DNA of 63,098 nucleotides, filler included, from Globobulimina sp. (taxonomy: Eukaryota), in NCBI GenBank assembly GCA_003354225.1. It is 11 parts of 11 records of this genome, joined end to end, with 100 filler letters (N's around TTAATTAATTAA, not from the genome) between each part and the next. Parts side by side here need not be neighbours in the genome. Positions count along the whole stretch, not along the records: positions 57,466 to 63,098 come from PIVH01000484.1; 10 more parts are not named here. One strand, written 5' to 3'. This document shows, piece by piece, positions 61,118 to 63,098 of the stretch; position 1 is the stretch's first letter, and each line of letters begins with the position of its first letter. The notes beneath the pieces were generated by a model. The model was not told where the DNA came from and did no database searches. It saw only the letters and a list, made by a program, of their open reading frames with translations. Both the position numbers and the translations under genes were made by a program.

Positions 61118-61588
61118 GATACTTGTGGGATTAATGTAGGGACAGATGTAGAGAATATAATTTATATTTATTTATATGAAATGTTAGATTGTGGAAAAAA
61201 ACTTCATTATCCAGATGAAAAATGTTTAGCAATTTTAAAAAGTGGTAACAAAAAAGGAGCAAATTGTAATAGAATAAATTGTAAATATCACATGAATTAC
61301 AAACGAAAACTAAAAAAATTATTAATATTAAAAGGAGTTTTTAAGACAGGATTTAAATCACCGATATCTTCTCTATTTGAATTTAAATCAACGTGGTGTA
61401 TGAAATTGGTTTGTAAATATCACTCAAAGAAAAAAGGTAGAGGACGACCAAGAAAACATAACAGAGAAGAACCATGGATATTAAAAAAAAGAGGACGAAA
61501 AAAGAAAAGTGAAAAATTAATATGTAATTTAAATGAATTAAAACGAAACCAAATACGAAACCAAATACGAAACCAAATACGAAACTAA
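61115..61588 (+). CDS. Small basic CCCH-type zinc-finger protein with AT-hook (putative viral), paralog of 62302
   Basis: CLAILKSGNKKGANCNRINCKYH, a second C...CKYH, KKGRGRPRK and C-terminal (RNQI)n. Confidence 0.75.
   Translation: MDTCGINVGTDVENIIYIYLYEMLDCGKKLHYPDEKCLAILKSGNKKGANCNRINCKYHMNYKRKLKKLLILKGVFKTGFKSPISSLFEFKSTWCMKLVCKYHSKKKGRGRPRKHNREEPWILKKRGRKKKSEKLICNLNELKRNQIRNQIRNQIRN
61543..61585 (+). repeat. 12-bp tandem repeat ACGAAACCAAAT x3.5
   Basis: Exact copies at 61543, 61555 and 61567, partial copy at 61579. Confidence 0.9.
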
Positions 61589-61672
61589 CATGTTATTTTT
61601 TTTAAATATTATTTAAAAAAATAAATTACTTGATAATATCGTTTAAAATAAAAATATTTACATATAATATAA

Positions 61673-62278
61673 ATGGACACCTTAGATAAATATAAATTAG
61701 AACATTCTAAAAAATTTAAAAAAACATTAACAATTATTAAGAATATTAAAAAAAAATACTATGTAACAATGTTACACGGAATGGAAATGAGTTATAGTAT
61801 ACAAGGATTAGAAAATCCAACGCTAAAATCTATTGGTTTCACTTTTGATTTTTTTGCAGATATAATGAATAGTTTAAAAGAAGAAGAAGAAAATAAATAT
61901 GGTAATTATGAAAAATACCATGAAGAAATAATATATTATATACGAAAACAATTCGTTCATATATTTTCAAGTTATTTTGGTCTTCATTCATACATTGATA
62001 AAAATAACTATTTAGTATTAGATATATATATTAAACAATATCATTTTAAAGAATATCGTAATTTAGTTAAAGAATATGAAGAATATTTTGAGAAAAAATA
62101 TTTTGAGAATGATTTAAAAAATAATTATAAACATTTAAATGTAAATGAATTAAAACAACAATGTAAAGAAAAAAAAATTAAAGGTTATTCAAAATATAAA
62201 AAACAAGAATTAATAGAATTATTATTAATAAATGAAACTGAGTTTGAAATAGATACTGATTTCTTAAATTATTATTAA
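61673..62278 (+). CDS. Hypothetical protein with C-terminal Rho_N/HeH-like nucleic-acid-binding motif (putative viral)
   Basis: YKHLNVNELKQQCKEKKIKGYSKYKKQELIELLL. Confidence 0.75.
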   Translation: MDTLDKYKLEHSKKFKKTLTIIKNIKKKYYVTMLHGMEMSYSIQGLENPTLKSIGFTFDFFADIMNSLKEEEENKYGNYEKYHEEIIYYIRKQFVHIFSSYFGLHSYIDKNNYLVLDIYIKQYHFKEYRNLVKEYEEYFEKKYFENDLKNNYKHLNVNELKQQCKEKKIKGYSKYKKQELIELLLINETEFEIDTDFLNYY

Positions 62279-62301
62279 ATAAAATATTTACATATAATAT
62301 A

Positions 62302-62811
62302 ATGGATACTTGTGGAATTAATGTAGGGAAAGATGTAAAGAATATAATTTATATTTATTTATATGAAATGATAGATTGTGGAAAAAAACTTAATTTAGAT
62401 GAAACTTGTTTAGCAATTTTGAAAAGTGGTAATAAAAAAGGAGAAAAATGCAATAGGATAAATTGTAAATATCACATGAATTACAAACGAAAAATACAAA
62501 AATTATTAATATTAAGAAGAGCTTTAAAACCATATAACAAAAATAGTTTAGATATAATATTTGGTGGTAGGTCTAATAATAAATGCTTGAAATCAGTTTG
62601 TCAATATCATGGATATTATGGAATGAAACCAAGAATATTAAAAAAAAGAGGAAGAAAAAAGAAAAGTGAAAAATTAAAATGTAGTTTAAATGAATTAAAA
62701 TTAACTCAACTGCGTGAGACTAGATTTGGTGGTAAATGTATAATAGTTTATTTACCAATTGACATAAGAATGTATGAGTTTAGAATAAGTAGACCACTAA
62801 TTATGAGTTAA
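62302..62811 (+). CDS. Small basic CCCH-type zinc-finger protein (putative viral), paralog of 61115
   Basis: MDTCGINVG..V.NIIYIYLYEM.DCGKKL, CLAILKSGNKKGEKCNRINCKYH and ILKKRGRKKKSEKL are shared with 61115. Confidence 0.75.
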   Translation: MDTCGINVGKDVKNIIYIYLYEMIDCGKKLNLDETCLAILKSGNKKGEKCNRINCKYHMNYKRKIQKLLILRRALKPYNKNSLDIIFGGRSNNKCLKSVCQYHGYYGMKPRILKKRGRKKKSEKLKCSLNELKLTQLRETRFGGKCIIVYLPIDIRMYEFRISRPLIMS

Positions 62812-62903
62812 ACTTATCTTTAAATCATATTTTTATTATTAATTTTTTAAATCAATTGAAATGTTTTAAAAAATTAAATAAAACTTTAAATAAAAATTAT
62901 TCA

Positions 62904-63098
62904 TTAAACGTCATAGCATTCCATTTTGTGTTTATCAATTATATCAGTTAGTTTTTTGATATCTTTTTCTTTAATAAAGGTTTCCATATCCTCATAAAAC
63001 TTATCAATATCTTTATTGAAACTGCTATTTATAAACCAGTCATGTGGTGTATCTTTACAATTATTATCGTAATATTGATCAATAGTATATTCTTCAAG
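62904..63098 (-). CDS. 3' end of a hypothetical protein
   Basis: Open minus frame from the window end: LEEYTIDQYYDNNC...KMECYDV*. Confidence 0.6.
   Translation of the reverse strand, partial: LEEYTIDQYYDNNCKDTPHDWFINSSFNKDIDKFYEDMETFIKEKDIKKLTDIIDKHKMECYDV

Overview
The window is not contiguous DNA. It is 11 unrelated, size-sorted contigs (5664 to 5633 bp, never increasing) joined by 100-nt N44-TTAATTAATTAA-N44 linkers. Contigs 1-10 come from an AT-rich, gene-dense eukaryote with short GT-AG introns (foraminiferan/rhizarian-like by protein style, which is my inference). They encode a kelch protein, a MITE-disrupted MATE pseudogene, a phosducin-like protein, Vps20, a Bmt5/DUF2431-like protein, an RNF213-like AAA+ ATPase, an APE-RT-RNaseH LINE, beta-helix and trefoil/mucin surface proteins, a TTL-like ligase, a decayed DIRS-like tyrosine-recombinase retrotransposon, Furry/Tao3, an APC permease, a SHOC1-like protein, S1P lyase, an FMO, a PI3K-like kinase, and TRAF-, SPRY-, AlkB- and C-type-lectin proteins. 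Contig 11 (57466-63098) looks like a giant virus (Nucleocytoviricota): intronless, with an AAAATTGA motif, AT hairpins, repeated promoters and Zn-finger/Rho_N-type genes. The most striking signal is on that contig. A DUF2828-type (TROVE/Ro60-like plus vWA) gene is followed immediately by a ~630-nt non-coding array with three copies of a 27-nt hairpin+CAGCAA repeat separated by long, variable, highly structured spacers. This is a candidate viral Ro60-like protein / Y-RNA-like ncRNA array system.
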